Shown piece after piece: positions 30,257 to 41,000 of a DNA stretch of 64,000 nucleotides (its first letter is position 1; every line of letters starts with the position of its first letter). Source of the stretch: Methanobacteriota archaeon. Its GTDB lineage: Archaea > Thermoplasmatota > Poseidoniia > Poseidoniales > Thalassarchaeaceae. Under the pieces are notes generated by a model. That model saw nothing but the letters and a program-made list of their open reading frames with translations, was not told where the DNA came from and ran no database searches. The position numbers and the translations under genes were made by a program. The DNA is taken from contig PSPW01000001.1 of assembly GCA_004195615.1 (NCBI GenBank), forward strand, positions 210,881 to 274,880, written 5' to 3'.

Positions 30257-30584
30257 GTGCATCTCTTATTCGTTTGCGTAGGCAATACCTGCCGGAACCC
30301 ATCCACCGGGATCCGGAGGGGTTGCCAAGAATGCGATAGAAGTGCTTGAGGAGATTGGGATTGAGACAGGTGAACTTCATCCGAAATCAGTAGACTCAGT
30401 ATACCCCGGGGATTATGATGTGATAATCAGCATGGGATGCGGTGTTATTTGTCCTTCCCTACTCATAGACGAAGACTGGGGTTTGGAAGATCCTCATAGA
30501 GGGGAAAAGGAAGTGTACAGAAAAACACGAGACGAGATACGGGTACTGGTCTCTGAGCTCGTCGAGTCGAATACCGACGCTTAG
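30257..30584 (+). pseudogene. arsC: Arsenate reductase / LMW phosphatase with internal deletion and frameshift
   Basis: GTG 30257 gives MHLLFVCVGNTCR; the +1 frame continues AGTHP...NAIEVLEEIGI...ISMGCGVICP...DWGLEDP. Confidence 0.8.
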
Positions 30585-30613
30585 AAAAGCCAATCTGGTT
30601 TGCAAAAGACTAC

Positions 30614-30688
30614 GCGAGTGTAGTGTAGCGGTTATCACCCCACGTTGCCAACGTGGGAACCCGGGTTCAAATCCCGGCACTCGCACCA
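30614..30688 (+). tRNA. trnG: tRNA-Gly (GCC), no intron, CCA encoded
   Basis: Acceptor GCGAGTG/CACTCGC, anticodon arm CCACG-TTGCCAA-CGTGG, T arm CCGGG-TTCAAAT-CCCGG, ACCA end. Confidence 0.98.
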
Positions 30689-30691
30689 TTA

Positions 30692-33600
30692 CTACTCGAG
30701 TTCCGAGTTCCTGACGATGTGGACGAATGCACCCACCCCAATGGAAATCAGAGCAAACATGGAAACCAGAATTATCTCCGTGGAGTTGTCCGAAACCCAT
30801 GACTGGCCAGATGAACCAGACTCAGACTTGAGTATGGTGATATTATGCGACTGTTCGGAAACCGGAGTGGAGGATAGGAATACATCAGTTGCTCGAATCA
30901 TTAGGGACATCTCACCCTCGCTCAACGATGATCTGGCAGAAAATGAGAGGGAGAAAATTCCATCTTGAGCAACTCTGTCAGGACCACTTCCATCATCAAT
31001 CATCAGCAGCCATGATTCAGAGTTCCCAATTGGGGCTAATCGGCCAATCTTTGCTTGAGCCGATGATATGCCGTCATAATCTTGGATTGTAACCTCCATC
31101 GTATAATTCACCTGGCCGCCTGATTCCAAGGAGGTTATTTGAGCTACCTCAACACCATCCTTGAGGAAAGTCAGATTGGATATCAATGGGGGTTGGTTCC
31201 CGATTAGGACCTTCTCAGCCTGATGGCCGAGGATGCTAGAATGGACACTCCCAATTAGAGTAGTTGAGATGGAAGCTCCATCCTGATCTTCGAGAAGAAT
31301 CGGGATATTCTGCCTCCCAGGAGACATGCTCGGAGGGACTTCAAAGATACCGAACCACGTCTCTATCGTATCAGTCCGTTGCTCGCCTGCAAGCTGCCAA
31401 TTCCAGTCCTCCTGTCCAGTATGATTCAATGGGACCAGGGTACCTCCCATTGACTGCAAGTTAACTGATACTGACTTGATCCCATGGCCATCGTACGCCC
31501 CTAGGTTTACTTCGATCTTCTTGCCCCTGAATGTGCTATCCGGTGAGAAGTCGACGTGCAGCACTCTGGGGGGAGTGTTTGCTACCCATATGCTGGCTTC
31601 CTGCTGAATAGATACCCAGTAATCCTCCATTATGACGGAGATTGGGAGGTCTCCGTTCTGAAGCCCGTTGTGGACAATTCGAGCTGTCCAAACGTCATCG
31701 TGAATCACCTGGTCCCCCTGCAAACCGGAATCGGAAAGGTCAACGATGCCGAGACCTACTGAGGACAGGTCTACGCTAACCGACTTGGTATCCGTGTCGA
31801 CATCGTTCACCAATACTTCGAGGTGTGCCACCCCTCCCTCGGTTGATAGGGAGGATTCACGGAACCTTACCGAGGAGCCCGGGCCCTCTGAGAGTGAAGG
31901 GGGCGTGTTCTCATCAAATGTGACTATCGATGGGGAAAGGATCCTATCCATTCTCTGGTTCTCGATGAATGAGACTTCCGAGTTTTCTCCGACATCTATG
32001 CTGACTAGCCTGTTAATTTCGTTCAGAAGTCCTGATAGGGGGCCTTCGTTGATGATGCTTCCATTTGCCGAACTCATGTCTCCGAAGGATCCTTCCCATT
32101 CAGCCACCGAAACTTCGTGTCCATCTATCGAATAGATGTTGCTTCCGGATACGGTTACGTCCAGGATCATAGCCGCGTTTCCAACCAAGGGGAAAGAGTC
32201 GCCGATGGATAGAATCTGGGGGCATACCCCTGTCTCCCGAGAGATGTGATTGGAGAAAAACGAACTGGACTCCGGGGCTTCGGGATTCTGAATTATCGGA
32301 GAGTTTTCGGGAAATTCGTCCTCCGTAGAACCATTGTCTTCTACGAATGTATAGCGAATTGTTCGGTTTAGCCAGTCATCCTGAGGGACTACGTACTCGT
32401 ATGTCAGATTGTGCTCTGCCTCCCACTCCTGATCAATTGGCCCAAAAGGAGTAGCAGAGACATTGAACCAGAACTCGTTCCTGATTTTGTCGGCCTCGAA
32501 GGGAGTTCCGGTTGCATTCTCGTAGACTCCGGATTCAATAATCTGGCGCACTAAACCAAAGGACCCCTCTGCATCCCCATCATATGTTCCATCGACAATA
32601 ATTGTGTCGGAAACCGTTTCTCCGCCCTCTGATTGGAAGTGAATCAAGGGTATCGTCCCGTTGACTTCTATGTACGGCGACTCCTCGGAAGCAATGAAAT
32701 CGAACTGTCCGCTTCCGAATATCCTTGAGTACTGATCCGTTCGAATACCCTCTTCCCATTTCTCTCTGAAAATGAGTTCGTCGAGTTCGAATGAGAAGAA
32801 ATCTCCTGCGACGGAAATTCTTGCTGTGGCATTCGCCTCCACCTGGAGATCCTGTAACCTGCGGAATCCGTCCTCGTCCCATATCTCAAAGTACAGCAAG
32901 AAGACCTCGCCGTAAACCCCGCCTGAGCTCTCGTTATCCCCCTCGTTGATCGAAATCCACCCGTCCCCCTCGAACATCATCCTCTCAGTGACTTTGCCAT
33001 CTTGGTACGATCTGAGGACGTAAGCTTCGTTTACATCGGCATTGATGGTCGCTCCCTCACCACCGTCAGCAGTATTGATGACAAGACCTCCCGAACCCAT
33101 CATCTCGAAATCCTGTCTCATCAGTTCTGTCCCATCGTACGACTCATTGAGCCAAATCCTATCCAGCTCAAGATCAATCACTGCACCTTCTGATTCATTT
33201 GACATGTCGAGTAAAAGAGTCCCATTTCCAAGCTCGTTTGACTCCAATATGCTACCTGTTCTCTTCTGCCAACCTCGTCCGTCAAAGGTGATTCCTTGTT
33301 CGTTCCCTTCCATTCCGGATAAGGACCAATGAGTCTCCCTAGTGATCTCGTGATCAGATATTGGTTGGTTCCAATTTGTGATATTTAGGGATCGGCTGCA
33401 AGAAGATTCGGTAGATTGGACGGATATTGAAATCGAGTCCCCGAATTGTGGTTTTTCTTCTAGGATAATGTCTATTTCCCCACCGGCGACAAAGACAGAG
33501 GTGTTTACTACCGAAATCTCCGATTCCCCCCTGAAGTGATGTATGGTAGCATTGACGTCTGTTGGGGATGAACCATTGGAGAAAGGTGGATCGAAAACTA

Positions 33601-33781
33601 CCCTATATCTGTGAATCAACGAGATTTCTGAGCCGCCTTCATCGGACCACTGCCACTGCTGATCCCAATCAGCGAGTATTTCGCAACTTGTTGGCTGGTT
33701 CTCTTGGGCTAAGGCAAGAGAAGATGGTATGCACATAGCCAGAATGGATAGCACGGCAAATACCGACAATCCTCTGGCCAT
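30692..33781 (-). CDS. Large acidic cell-surface protein with signal peptide, choice-of-anchor-X-like Ig domains and C-terminal TM
   Basis: Signal ending ALA-QE; LSDSGLQGDQVIHDDVWT and MIDDGSGPDRVAQDGIFS motifs; many N-x-S/T sequons. Confidence 0.8.
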   Translation of the reverse strand: MARGLSVFAVLSILAMCIPSSLALAQENQPTSCEILADWDQQWQWSDEGGSEISLIHRYRVVFDPPFSNGSSPTDVNATIHHFRGESEISVVNTSVFVAGGEIDIILEEKPQFGDSISISVQSTESSCSRSLNITNWNQPISDHEITRETHWSLSGMEGNEQGITFDGRGWQKRTGSILESNELGNGTLLLDMSNESEGAVIDLELDRIWLNESYDGTELMRQDFEMMGSGGLVINTADGGEGATINADVNEAYVLRSYQDGKVTERMMFEGDGWISINEGDNESSGGVYGEVFLLYFEIWDEDGFRRLQDLQVEANATARISVAGDFFSFELDELIFREKWEEGIRTDQYSRIFGSGQFDFIASEESPYIEVNGTIPLIHFQSEGGETVSDTIIVDGTYDGDAEGSFGLVRQIIESGVYENATGTPFEADKIRNEFWFNVSATPFGPIDQEWEAEHNLTYEYVVPQDDWLNRTIRYTFVEDNGSTEDEFPENSPIIQNPEAPESSSFFSNHISRETGVCPQILSIGDSFPLVGNAAMILDVTVSGSNIYSIDGHEVSVAEWEGSFGDMSSANGSIINEGPLSGLLNEINRLVSIDVGENSEVSFIENQRMDRILSPSIVTFDENTPPSLSEGPGSSVRFRESSLSTEGGVAHLEVLVNDVDTDTKSVSVDLSSVGLGIVDLSDSGLQGDQVIHDDVWTARIVHNGLQNGDLPISVIMEDYWVSIQQEASIWVANTPPRVLHVDFSPDSTFRGKKIEVNLGAYDGHGIKSVSVNLQSMGGTLVPLNHTGQEDWNWQLAGEQRTDTIETWFGIFEVPPSMSPGRQNIPILLEDQDGASISTTLIGSVHSSILGHQAEKVLIGNQPPLISNLTFLKDGVEVAQITSLESGGQVNYTMEVTIQDYDGISSAQAKIGRLAPIGNSESWLLMIDDGSGPDRVAQDGIFSLSFSARSSLSEGEMSLMIRATDVFLSSTPVSEQSHNITILKSESGSSGQSWVSDNSTEIILVSMFALISIGVGAFVHIVRNSELE

Positions 33782-33838
33782 GAACGGCTCCGTACGCCGG
33801 GGCATTTCAAACAATTCCCGACATGCTGATTCGGATTA

Positions 33839-34267
33839 CTAGAACAGGGGCTCTTCGTAGTCGTCATCGACCCCTGACCTCTCTCTCCAGAGACCGGCGG
33901 GCATCCCGTCATAGATGTCAGCATAGGGGTCATCGTCACCCTTGTTCTTCTCATTCTGAATCGCCAGATTTGCGAAATTCTCCGCATTTGGTTTAAATTT
34001 CCAATAATGAATTCGCCATTCTCTCCCATCCCAAAGAGTGGTCTCCTCTGACTCAGTTGTAAGCAGGTCATAGTCCTGCAATTGGTAGAACATGTTTCTA
34101 TCCGTTGGTTCGAGAGCATTATCGATGATTCTATTGGAGAAGCCGAAGAAACCCAAAGCGTGCTCCGCGATAGACTCCGCCACATGAGTCTCCATGCTGG
34201 TGTCTACCTTGCTCTTGATTGCATGAGTTAGTTGCGCCAAGGTCAGTCCCATCTTCCCACCGGACAT
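33839..34267 (-). CDS. Conserved Thermoplasmatota protein (DUF6015-like)
   Basis: FFGFSNRIIDNALEPTDRNMFY...EETTLWDGREWRIHYW; family name recalled, not searched. Confidence 0.7.
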   Translation of the reverse strand: MSGGKMGLTLAQLTHAIKSKVDTSMETHVAESIAEHALGFFGFSNRIIDNALEPTDRNMFYQLQDYDLLTTESEETTLWDGREWRIHYWKFKPNAENFANLAIQNEKNKGDDDPYADIYDGMPAGLWRERSGVDDDYEEPLF

Positions 34268-34367
34268 CGTTAGATGCCGAGGTTATATCAAACATCTTGC
34301 TAATTGCTCTGATTCTCTGGTCCAGATCACCCGAAGCGGTTAATCTTAGTGCGCTTCTCGAATACTC

Positions 34368-35303
34368 ATGAAAGGGTCCGATTCCACCACTTTCCTAGGC
34401 CTCAAGGAATCTGATTCTGGACCATGGGACATCGTGATCTTGCAAATTCCTCTGGAGATGACTTCCAGCTATGGAGAGGGGACCCAGCATGGTCCCAAGG
34501 CATGTATTGAGGCTAGCTCCCAGGTCGAGCTCCATGACCCCATACTGTCGGAGGAGCTCCCGTGCGGAGCGATGATTCATACTGCAGAGCCCTGGACATC
34601 AGATGCTCCTAGCCTAAGGGAACAGTTGGACTCAATCAGGGAGTATGTCAGAGCATGGGTAGTTGGCGACCAATTCCCCTTAGCTCTTGGAGGGGAGCAT
34701 GGCATCCTTCTTCCAATTGTGGAATCGCTTTCCGATCATCACCTGTTATCTAATCTCTCAGAGCTTACGATCATACAGGTTGATGCTCATGCAGACTTGA
34801 GGGACGAGTTGAACGGTGAGAGGTTCTCACATGGAACCGTAATCCGTAGGGCTCTTGATCTAGGAGTGGGGAAAGTGATCCAGATTGGAGTCAGAGCTTT
34901 CAGCCTCGAGGAGGAAGTCTTGATGGAGTCCGAAGAAAGGGTTCAGACGTGGTTTGCAAAGGATCTCCTTGCCGTCTCTGATGGCAATTCAGAGTGGAAG
35001 AGGATGATAAGCAGTCTTGCAGAGATAACAGGACCGGTTTGGCTGACCTTCGATGTGGATGGTTTGGATGGTTCCTTGGTCCCATCAACGGGGACCCCCG
35101 TTCCTGGTGGATTGAGTCACTGGGGCTCGGTTGAAGTTATCGAGAGGCTTTTCTCATCGGAGAAATGCGAATTAATCGGAGCTGATATCAACGAGATTGT
35201 CCCTGGCACAGAGGGAAACCTGACCCAGTTCAGCGCAGCATTGATTGCTACAAAGATAGTATCCTGCTACATCGCTAATTCTTTGAACGGAAAGGGAGAA
35301 TGA
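34368..35303 (+). CDS. speB: Agmatinase (ureohydrolase family)
   Basis: GGEHG, VDAHADLRD, FSHGT, TFDVDGLD, TGTPVPGG. Confidence 0.88.
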   Translation: MKGSDSTTFLGLKESDSGPWDIVILQIPLEMTSSYGEGTQHGPKACIEASSQVELHDPILSEELPCGAMIHTAEPWTSDAPSLREQLDSIREYVRAWVVGDQFPLALGGEHGILLPIVESLSDHHLLSNLSELTIIQVDAHADLRDELNGERFSHGTVIRRALDLGVGKVIQIGVRAFSLEEEVLMESEERVQTWFAKDLLAVSDGNSEWKRMISSLAEITGPVWLTFDVDGLDGSLVPSTGTPVPGGLSHWGSVEVIERLFSSEKCELIGADINEIVPGTEGNLTQFSAALIATKIVSCYIANSLNGKGE

Positions 35304-35331
35304 TTGTAGCGTATGACGCTAGAGCGGCGCT

Positions 35332-36744
35332 ATGCACCGCTTACTAGTTGCCTTAGTCCTTGCTTCGTTGACCGTTGCATCGGCATCTCCAATGGTTGCT
35401 GCCCAGGTGGGTCAGCCAGACATTGTTCAGGAGCATTGGTACCACTCATATGCCACACTCACACTTGATGTGAACGAATGGGCAGACGATTATCCAGAGA
35501 TTGTGGATTTGATCGTTGCAGGTCAAACCGAGCTTGGCAGGAACCTCTGGATCCTGCGGATTTCAGACTGGAGTGAGGAGAACAAGCCCGATGGGACGGA
35601 GAAAGACGTGGTGTACATCGATGGAGGTCATCATGGAAATGAGCATCTGGGCACTGAGCTTGCATTCCTGACTGCTGAGTTCTACATCGAAGGATGGGCA
35701 GCAGAGGATCAGGAAGTAATTGATGTGCTTACTACTACGGAACTGCACATTCTAATTATGCTCAATGCGGATGGGAACGACATTGACACGCGTTGGAATA
35801 TCAACCAAGTAGACTTGAATCGGAATTATGACCATTACTGGAATAACTGCCCCCCGAATAATCCTACTCAGCCAGGAAGTGGCCCTTTCAGTGAGTCTGA
35901 AACGCTTGCAAATTCCATCTACATGAACACAGTTGTCCCAGATGCCGACCTATACGTCACGATGCATACTGGGGTCTGGATAATGTTGTACCCATGGGGG
36001 AGATGGCCAGAACAACCATCGGACTGGGAACTTTTTCATTTCATCAGAGATGACGTCAATTCAAACATCTCAGAAATCCCAATTCGCAATGCGAATCAGG
36101 GCCTGTATCCGAACTGTGGAACGAGTCGTGACTATGGGTACGGTGTGATGGGTTTTCCCACTTTTACCTTCGAGACCGATGACGAGCAGTGGTTGCTGGG
36201 AACCATGGAGGCATTGTCAGATAGGCTTGGAGAAGAATTGGACGTGATGAAGTACCTAATAGAGAATATCTGGTATTGGAGAGCTCGGCTTGTTGTCGAT
36301 TCACTGATAGTGGATAATAGGGAAGTGCATGTCGACGTATCCAACCTAGGACGAGCTAGTACGGCGAATGCCACTCTGACCTACGTAACGGAAGAAGGGG
36401 AAACTTGGCTACCGAGTGGGTCTGATCCTGAAGACTCACCTTGCGATAGTGAGAAAACGGGATACAACTACTCCTCCCCTGGATGCGGTTTTGGAGTGAA
36501 TGCCACGAATAGTACCAAGGTCACTCTTGATTTCGGAAACGCACCCATTTCTAGTACCAAGGGGCAGTTCTTCCTATTCTACCAGAAGAGGGTTATCGAT
36601 GCGTCGACTTGGGTTTCAGAGCCAGTGAACGATTCGATGATTGAATTTGACAGTCGGGTCGAGAGAGCACTGTCCTCTCCGTCCGTATTTCTCACCATAA
36701 TCTGTGTTTTCCTAGCTGCATTAAGGAATAGAAAAGAGGACTAG
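35332..36744 (+). CDS. Secreted M14 zinc carboxypeptidase with C-terminal membrane anchor
   Basis: Signal peptide, GGHHGNE, DLNRNY, TMHT, TFET, C-terminal TM plus basic tail. Confidence 0.9.
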   Translation: MHRLLVALVLASLTVASASPMVAAQVGQPDIVQEHWYHSYATLTLDVNEWADDYPEIVDLIVAGQTELGRNLWILRISDWSEENKPDGTEKDVVYIDGGHHGNEHLGTELAFLTAEFYIEGWAAEDQEVIDVLTTTELHILIMLNADGNDIDTRWNINQVDLNRNYDHYWNNCPPNNPTQPGSGPFSESETLANSIYMNTVVPDADLYVTMHTGVWIMLYPWGRWPEQPSDWELFHFIRDDVNSNISEIPIRNANQGLYPNCGTSRDYGYGVMGFPTFTFETDDEQWLLGTMEALSDRLGEELDVMKYLIENIWYWRARLVVDSLIVDNREVHVDVSNLGRASTANATLTYVTEEGETWLPSGSDPEDSPCDSEKTGYNYSSPGCGFGVNATNSTKVTLDFGNAPISSTKGQFFLFYQKRVIDASTWVSEPVNDSMIEFDSRVERALSSPSVFLTIICVFLAALRNRKED

Positions 36745-36833
36745 CTTCGCTAATTCTTATTCTGCTCTGAAATGGTGATTTTTCAGTGGAATTGTTTGTA
36801 AACTGACCACTAATCGGACAGTTTGGTCTATTT

Positions 36834-38357
36834 ATGAAAATAAGCAATGGTGAATTTACGGAATTGGGGACGCAGTTAGTTCTCCCCTTCTTCGAAGGAA
36901 GCGACAAGCCGCCAAACAACTCCCTCAGTGGTCTTAGCAGAAGTCAGAGGGGCCTCGTCAGGGATGCACTGGCCTCCGGGAGCTTCGATGGCAAGAAGGG
37001 CAAGAGGATGACGTTGTGGACACCGGGTTGCAACATTATCCTGGTTGGGATGGGGGCCAAGAAATCACTAGGCCACAAGAGGTCAAGGAACACAGGTGCG
37101 AGGTTGATTGCATCCATGTCCAAGAAGAAAGGCCTTGATGTCACGGTCAGATTCACTTCCGGCTGGTCTTCCAAGCGAATGATAGACTTCGCAGAGGGGA
37201 TGATGCTCCGTGACTACGAATTCCTCTCGCACCAGGAGATCCCAGAGGACCACATCGGAGACCATTGGAGAGTCGAGTTCCAAGCTAGCAGCAGGCATCG
37301 GGAGAGTCTCTCAGAAGGCCTTAGCATCACTCACTCGGTCGTTGGAGGGGTTCACCTGGCACGAGACCTGGGCAACGAGCCAGCCAACGTCCTCTACCCT
37401 ATGGAGTATGCCAGAAGGGCTGTGGAATGGTCCAAGGGGAAGGCCAACGTAGAGGTCGAGATATACGACTGGGACAAACTGCAGGAACTGGGGATGGGTG
37501 GCCTCATCAACGTAGGCAAGGGCAGTGAGAGAAAGCCATGCATGGTTCTCTTCACGTTGAATCCAGATTCCGATGAAGGGATTCAGAGACCCTGCATCGT
37601 TGGAAAGGGGATTACTTTCGACACAGGAGGAATCTCGATCAAGCCAACCGGAGGGATGTGGGACATGAAGTACGACATGTGTGGTGCTGCGACGGTCTTC
37701 GGATTGATGGCCGCTCTCCAATCGACTAGTTATGAGAGGAGAGTGAACGGTATTGCCTGTCTCGCTGAGAACATGCCAGGTTCTGGAGCCTATCGACCGG
37801 GCGACGTTTTCAAAACATACTCCGGGAAGACAATCGAGGTCTTCAGTACCGATGCCGAAGGGAGAAATGTGCTTTCCGATGGACTATGGAAGGCCGGCGA
37901 GATGGACCCGGAGTACATCGTAGACCTAGCGACTCTGACGGGTGCCGTGGTGACTGCCCTGGGGAATCAAATCTCTGGCATGTGGGCAAACGAAGAGGGG
38001 ATTGCCGAGCGACTCAAGGCCGCTTCTATGAGAAGCGGGGAGCCTGTCTGGAGGATGCCTCTGAATGCGCAATTCCGCAAATACATGACTGATTCTGCCT
38101 TTGCCGATATCAGAAACGGTTCGATAGGGGGTCGTGCTGGATCTTCGAACACAGCCGCTTCATTCCTCGAGTTCTTCGTCCCCCACAGGGGGTTCGATGA
38201 AGAAGCTGAGAAGATTCCGTGGGTGCACCTGGACATTGCAGGGACGGCTTGGGGTCCTGGTTCCAAGGCTCGATCTGAGGGGGCAAATCCACTCTTCCAG
38301 TACGGTACTTCTGGAGTTCATGTGAGAACTCTGCACAGGCTTATCACCGAAGAGTGA
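36834..38357 (+). CDS. pepA: M17 leucyl aminopeptidase
   Basis: VGKGITFDTGG, MKYDMCGA, STDAEGR, ATLTGA, WVHLDIAG. Confidence 0.95.
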   Translation: MKISNGEFTELGTQLVLPFFEGSDKPPNNSLSGLSRSQRGLVRDALASGSFDGKKGKRMTLWTPGCNIILVGMGAKKSLGHKRSRNTGARLIASMSKKKGLDVTVRFTSGWSSKRMIDFAEGMMLRDYEFLSHQEIPEDHIGDHWRVEFQASSRHRESLSEGLSITHSVVGGVHLARDLGNEPANVLYPMEYARRAVEWSKGKANVEVEIYDWDKLQELGMGGLINVGKGSERKPCMVLFTLNPDSDEGIQRPCIVGKGITFDTGGISIKPTGGMWDMKYDMCGAATVFGLMAALQSTSYERRVNGIACLAENMPGSGAYRPGDVFKTYSGKTIEVFSTDAEGRNVLSDGLWKAGEMDPEYIVDLATLTGAVVTALGNQISGMWANEEGIAERLKAASMRSGEPVWRMPLNAQFRKYMTDSAFADIRNGSIGGRAGSSNTAASFLEFFVPHRGFDEEAEKIPWVHLDIAGTAWGPGSKARSEGANPLFQYGTSGVHVRTLHRLITEE

Positions 38358-40232
38358 TTAGTCTTGGTCCTCTTCTGAGTCAACGACTTCGAAGTCGGCG
38401 TCGACAACCCCATCGTCTCCGCCCTCTTCCTTATCCTCGGCCATCTCGGCGGCAGCTGCTTCGTAGAGCTTGGTAGAAATTGCGTGCATCGACTGCTCCA
38501 ATTCGGCCATCTTTGCCTGGATTGCAGCCTCATCGATATCCTCCAATGAGATTGGAGTCTCGTCCTTGACTATCAGAGACTCGAGTTCATCTAGCTTCTC
38601 AAGGACTGGCTTGATATCGTCCTTTGAGAGTTTCTCCTCGTTTTCATCAATCATCTTCCTTGTCTGGTAGACTATGCTGTCTGCTGAATTCCTCATCTCT
38701 ACCTTTGACTTTCTCCTCTTGTCCTCGTCAGCGAACTTCTCAGCATCCTCAATCTTCTGCTTAATCTCATCCTCTGACAGAGAGGTCTGGCTCTCTATCT
38801 TGATCGATTGCTCCGTCCCTGTTCCAAGATCCTTAGCAGAGACATTGACGATCCCGTTCGCATCGATATCGAATGTCACCTCAATCTGAGGAATACCGCG
38901 TGGAGCTGCTGGGATTCCCATCAAGTGGAATCTCCCGAGAGTGATGTTGTCCTTAGCGAACTCCCTCTCCCCCTGCAATACGTGAATCTCGACTGCTGGC
39001 TGGTTGTCTGCAGCGGTAGAGAATGTCTCGGATCTCTTTGAGGGGATGGTGGTGTTCCTCTCGATCATAGTAGTGGTAACGCCACCAAGTGTCTCAATAC
39101 CCAATGTGAGAGGTGTCACGTCGAGTAGGAGAACATCGGTAACGCCCTCGTCACCGACAATGATTCCTGCCTGGAGCGCGGCACCCATAGCAACCGCCTC
39201 ATCGGGGTTAATTCCCTTGAACGGAGCCTTGCCGACCTCCTTCTCGATGGCTTGCTGTACTGCTGGGCCTCTGGTTGAGCCTCCGACAAGCAAGACCTTG
39301 TCCACGTCACCCTTCTTTATGCTTGCATCCTTCATGGCCTGGCGAGTCGGTGACATCGTCCTCTCGACCAAGGAGGAGGTTAGCTTCTCAAACTTTGAGC
39401 GGGAAAGTGACATGTCAAGATGCTCTGGCTGACCGTCCCTCATGGTTATGAATGGTAGATTAATCTGGGTTGATGGTGTTCCGGAAAGCTCGATCTTCGC
39501 CTTCTCTGCTGCCTCACGTATCCGGCTGATGGCCTGCAGATCCTTCTCGAGATCGATACCAGTCGTCTTCTTGAACTCGGAGACTATCCAGCCCATTACA
39601 GCCTCGTCGAAGTCATCTCCACCGAGCCTGTTGTCGCCGCTGGTTGCTTTGACTTCGATCTGTGGTTGACCATCGACTTGGTAGATCTCCAGGATGGACA
39701 CATCGAAGGTCCCCCCGCCAAGATCGTATACAAGAATGGTCTGATCCTCCTCCTTGTCCACACCATAGGCTAGTGCAGCGGCGGTTGGTTCGTTGATTAT
39801 TCTTAGAACCTCTAGTCCTGCTATTCTTCCAGCGTCCTTTGTAGCCTTCCTCTGAGAGTCAGAAAAGTAGGCAGGACAAGTCACTACTGCTTGTTTCACC
39901 TCTGTGCCGAGGTACTCTTCGGCATCGGCCTTCAACTTCTGGAGAATGAATGCAGAAACCTCCTGGGGAGAATAATTGTCTTCATCTATATCCTTAGTCC
40001 AATCTGTGCCCATCTCTCTCTTTACCGAGATGATTGTTCTCTCAGAGTTGGTTACTGCCTGTCTCTTGGCGGTAACGCCCACCAGGCGCTCCCCTTCCTT
40101 GGTGAATGCCACTACGCTGGGCGTAGTCCTAGAGCCTTCAGAGTTGGGAATGACTACTGCCTTCCCCCCTTCTATTGTCGCTACGCAACTGTTTGTCGTT
40201 CCTAGGTCAATTCCTATTACTGCAGATCCCAT
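38358..40232 (-). CDS. dnaK: Chaperone DnaK (Hsp70)
   Basis: [42 protein letters not shown]. Confidence 0.98.
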   Translation of the reverse strand: MGSAVIGIDLGTTNSCVATIEGGKAVVIPNSEGSRTTPSVVAFTKEGERLVGVTAKRQAVTNSERTIISVKREMGTDWTKDIDEDNYSPQEVSAFILQKLKADAEEYLGTEVKQAVVTCPAYFSDSQRKATKDAGRIAGLEVLRIINEPTAAALAYGVDKEEDQTILVYDLGGGTFDVSILEIYQVDGQPQIEVKATSGDNRLGGDDFDEAVMGWIVSEFKKTTGIDLEKDLQAISRIREAAEKAKIELSGTPSTQINLPFITMRDGQPEHLDMSLSRSKFEKLTSSLVERTMSPTRQAMKDASIKKGDVDKVLLVGGSTRGPAVQQAIEKEVGKAPFKGINPDEAVAMGAALQAGIIVGDEGVTDVLLLDVTPLTLGIETLGGVTTTMIERNTTIPSKRSETFSTAADNQPAVEIHVLQGEREFAKDNITLGRFHLMGIPAAPRGIPQIEVTFDIDANGIVNVSAKDLGTGTEQSIKIESQTSLSEDEIKQKIEDAEKFADEDKRRKSKVEMRNSADSIVYQTRKMIDENEEKLSKDDIKPVLEKLDELESLIVKDETPISLEDIDEAAIQAKMAELEQSMHAISTKLYEAAAAEMAEDKEEGGDDGVVDADFEVVDSEEDQD

Positions 40233-40243
40233 TTCCATTTCTC

Positions 40244-40864
40244 CTATTCTGTGTTCCAAACTACTTTCAGTTCGAATGTGATGTCAAGAATACCGTTGTT
40301 AATCTCCCATTGGAAATCCCCTGATGATGCATTAGGGAGTACGAATGTTCTGAATGGCCTAATCTGATTGGTTCTAAGCATCTGTAGCACCTCCCCTTCT
40401 CCAGTGAGGCTCAACTCAAGGTTATCGGGACCGATGTCATCGTACTTGGAAACGTCGATGGTCACGAACATCTGATTATCTTGGACGTACACGTCTTCCT
40501 CGGGAATTGAGTCATCTTTCGATGTGTGCTGGCCTTCGTCTACATCGACTCTGACCTCAGATATCGAGGGTTTGATGTGAATATCTACGCCCATCTTCTT
40601 CAGAAACTCACCGAGCCCATGAGGTCCACTTAGCATAGATTCGAAGTTCTTCATGAGTTCCTCTGGGTTAGAGTTTAGCCCTAATTTGACTTCACTCATG
40701 GACACCTTCTCCGGATCGATGCCCATTTCCTCGAATTGGCTTCTGACTTGTTTGATCATTGTTTTCAGGGTTTTTACGTCGATTGGCATGCCCATTTGTT
40801 CGAACATTCTGGCCATCTCCTCCATGGATTCCTCGTCGAAATCGTCCCAATTTTCTCCAGTCAT
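40244..40864 (-). CDS. Small heat-shock (Hsp20/alpha-crystallin-like) protein with long Met-rich N-terminus
   Basis: C-terminal EDVYV...VTIDV...[12 protein letters not shown]; directly upstream of dnaK. Confidence 0.65.
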   Translation of the reverse strand: MTGENWDDFDEESMEEMARMFEQMGMPIDVKTLKTMIKQVRSQFEEMGIDPEKVSMSEVKLGLNSNPEELMKNFESMLSGPHGLGEFLKKMGVDIHIKPSISEVRVDVDEGQHTSKDDSIPEEDVYVQDNQMFVTIDVSKYDDIGPDNLELSLTGEGEVLQMLRTNQIRPFRTFVLPNASSGDFQWEINNGILDITFELKVVWNTE

Positions 40865-41000
40865 AATATCACTAGTCAACCTTTAGTTGTATAGTGCGAT
40901 GGATGGGTGGTATTTGAATGAAACGGATATCCCTCGACGAGATTGTGCCAAATTACGTATGAACGTATTGAAAAAAGAGGCTTGAGTGGGTGATTACAGA

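Noticed and set aside
30257..30584. Programmed frameshift in arsC
   Set aside because: No slippery site, and a conserved segment is physically missing, so frameshifting would not restore a full protein.
30614..33814. Integrative element at tRNA-Gly
   Set aside because: No integrase, and I saw no duplicated tRNA 3' end in the window.
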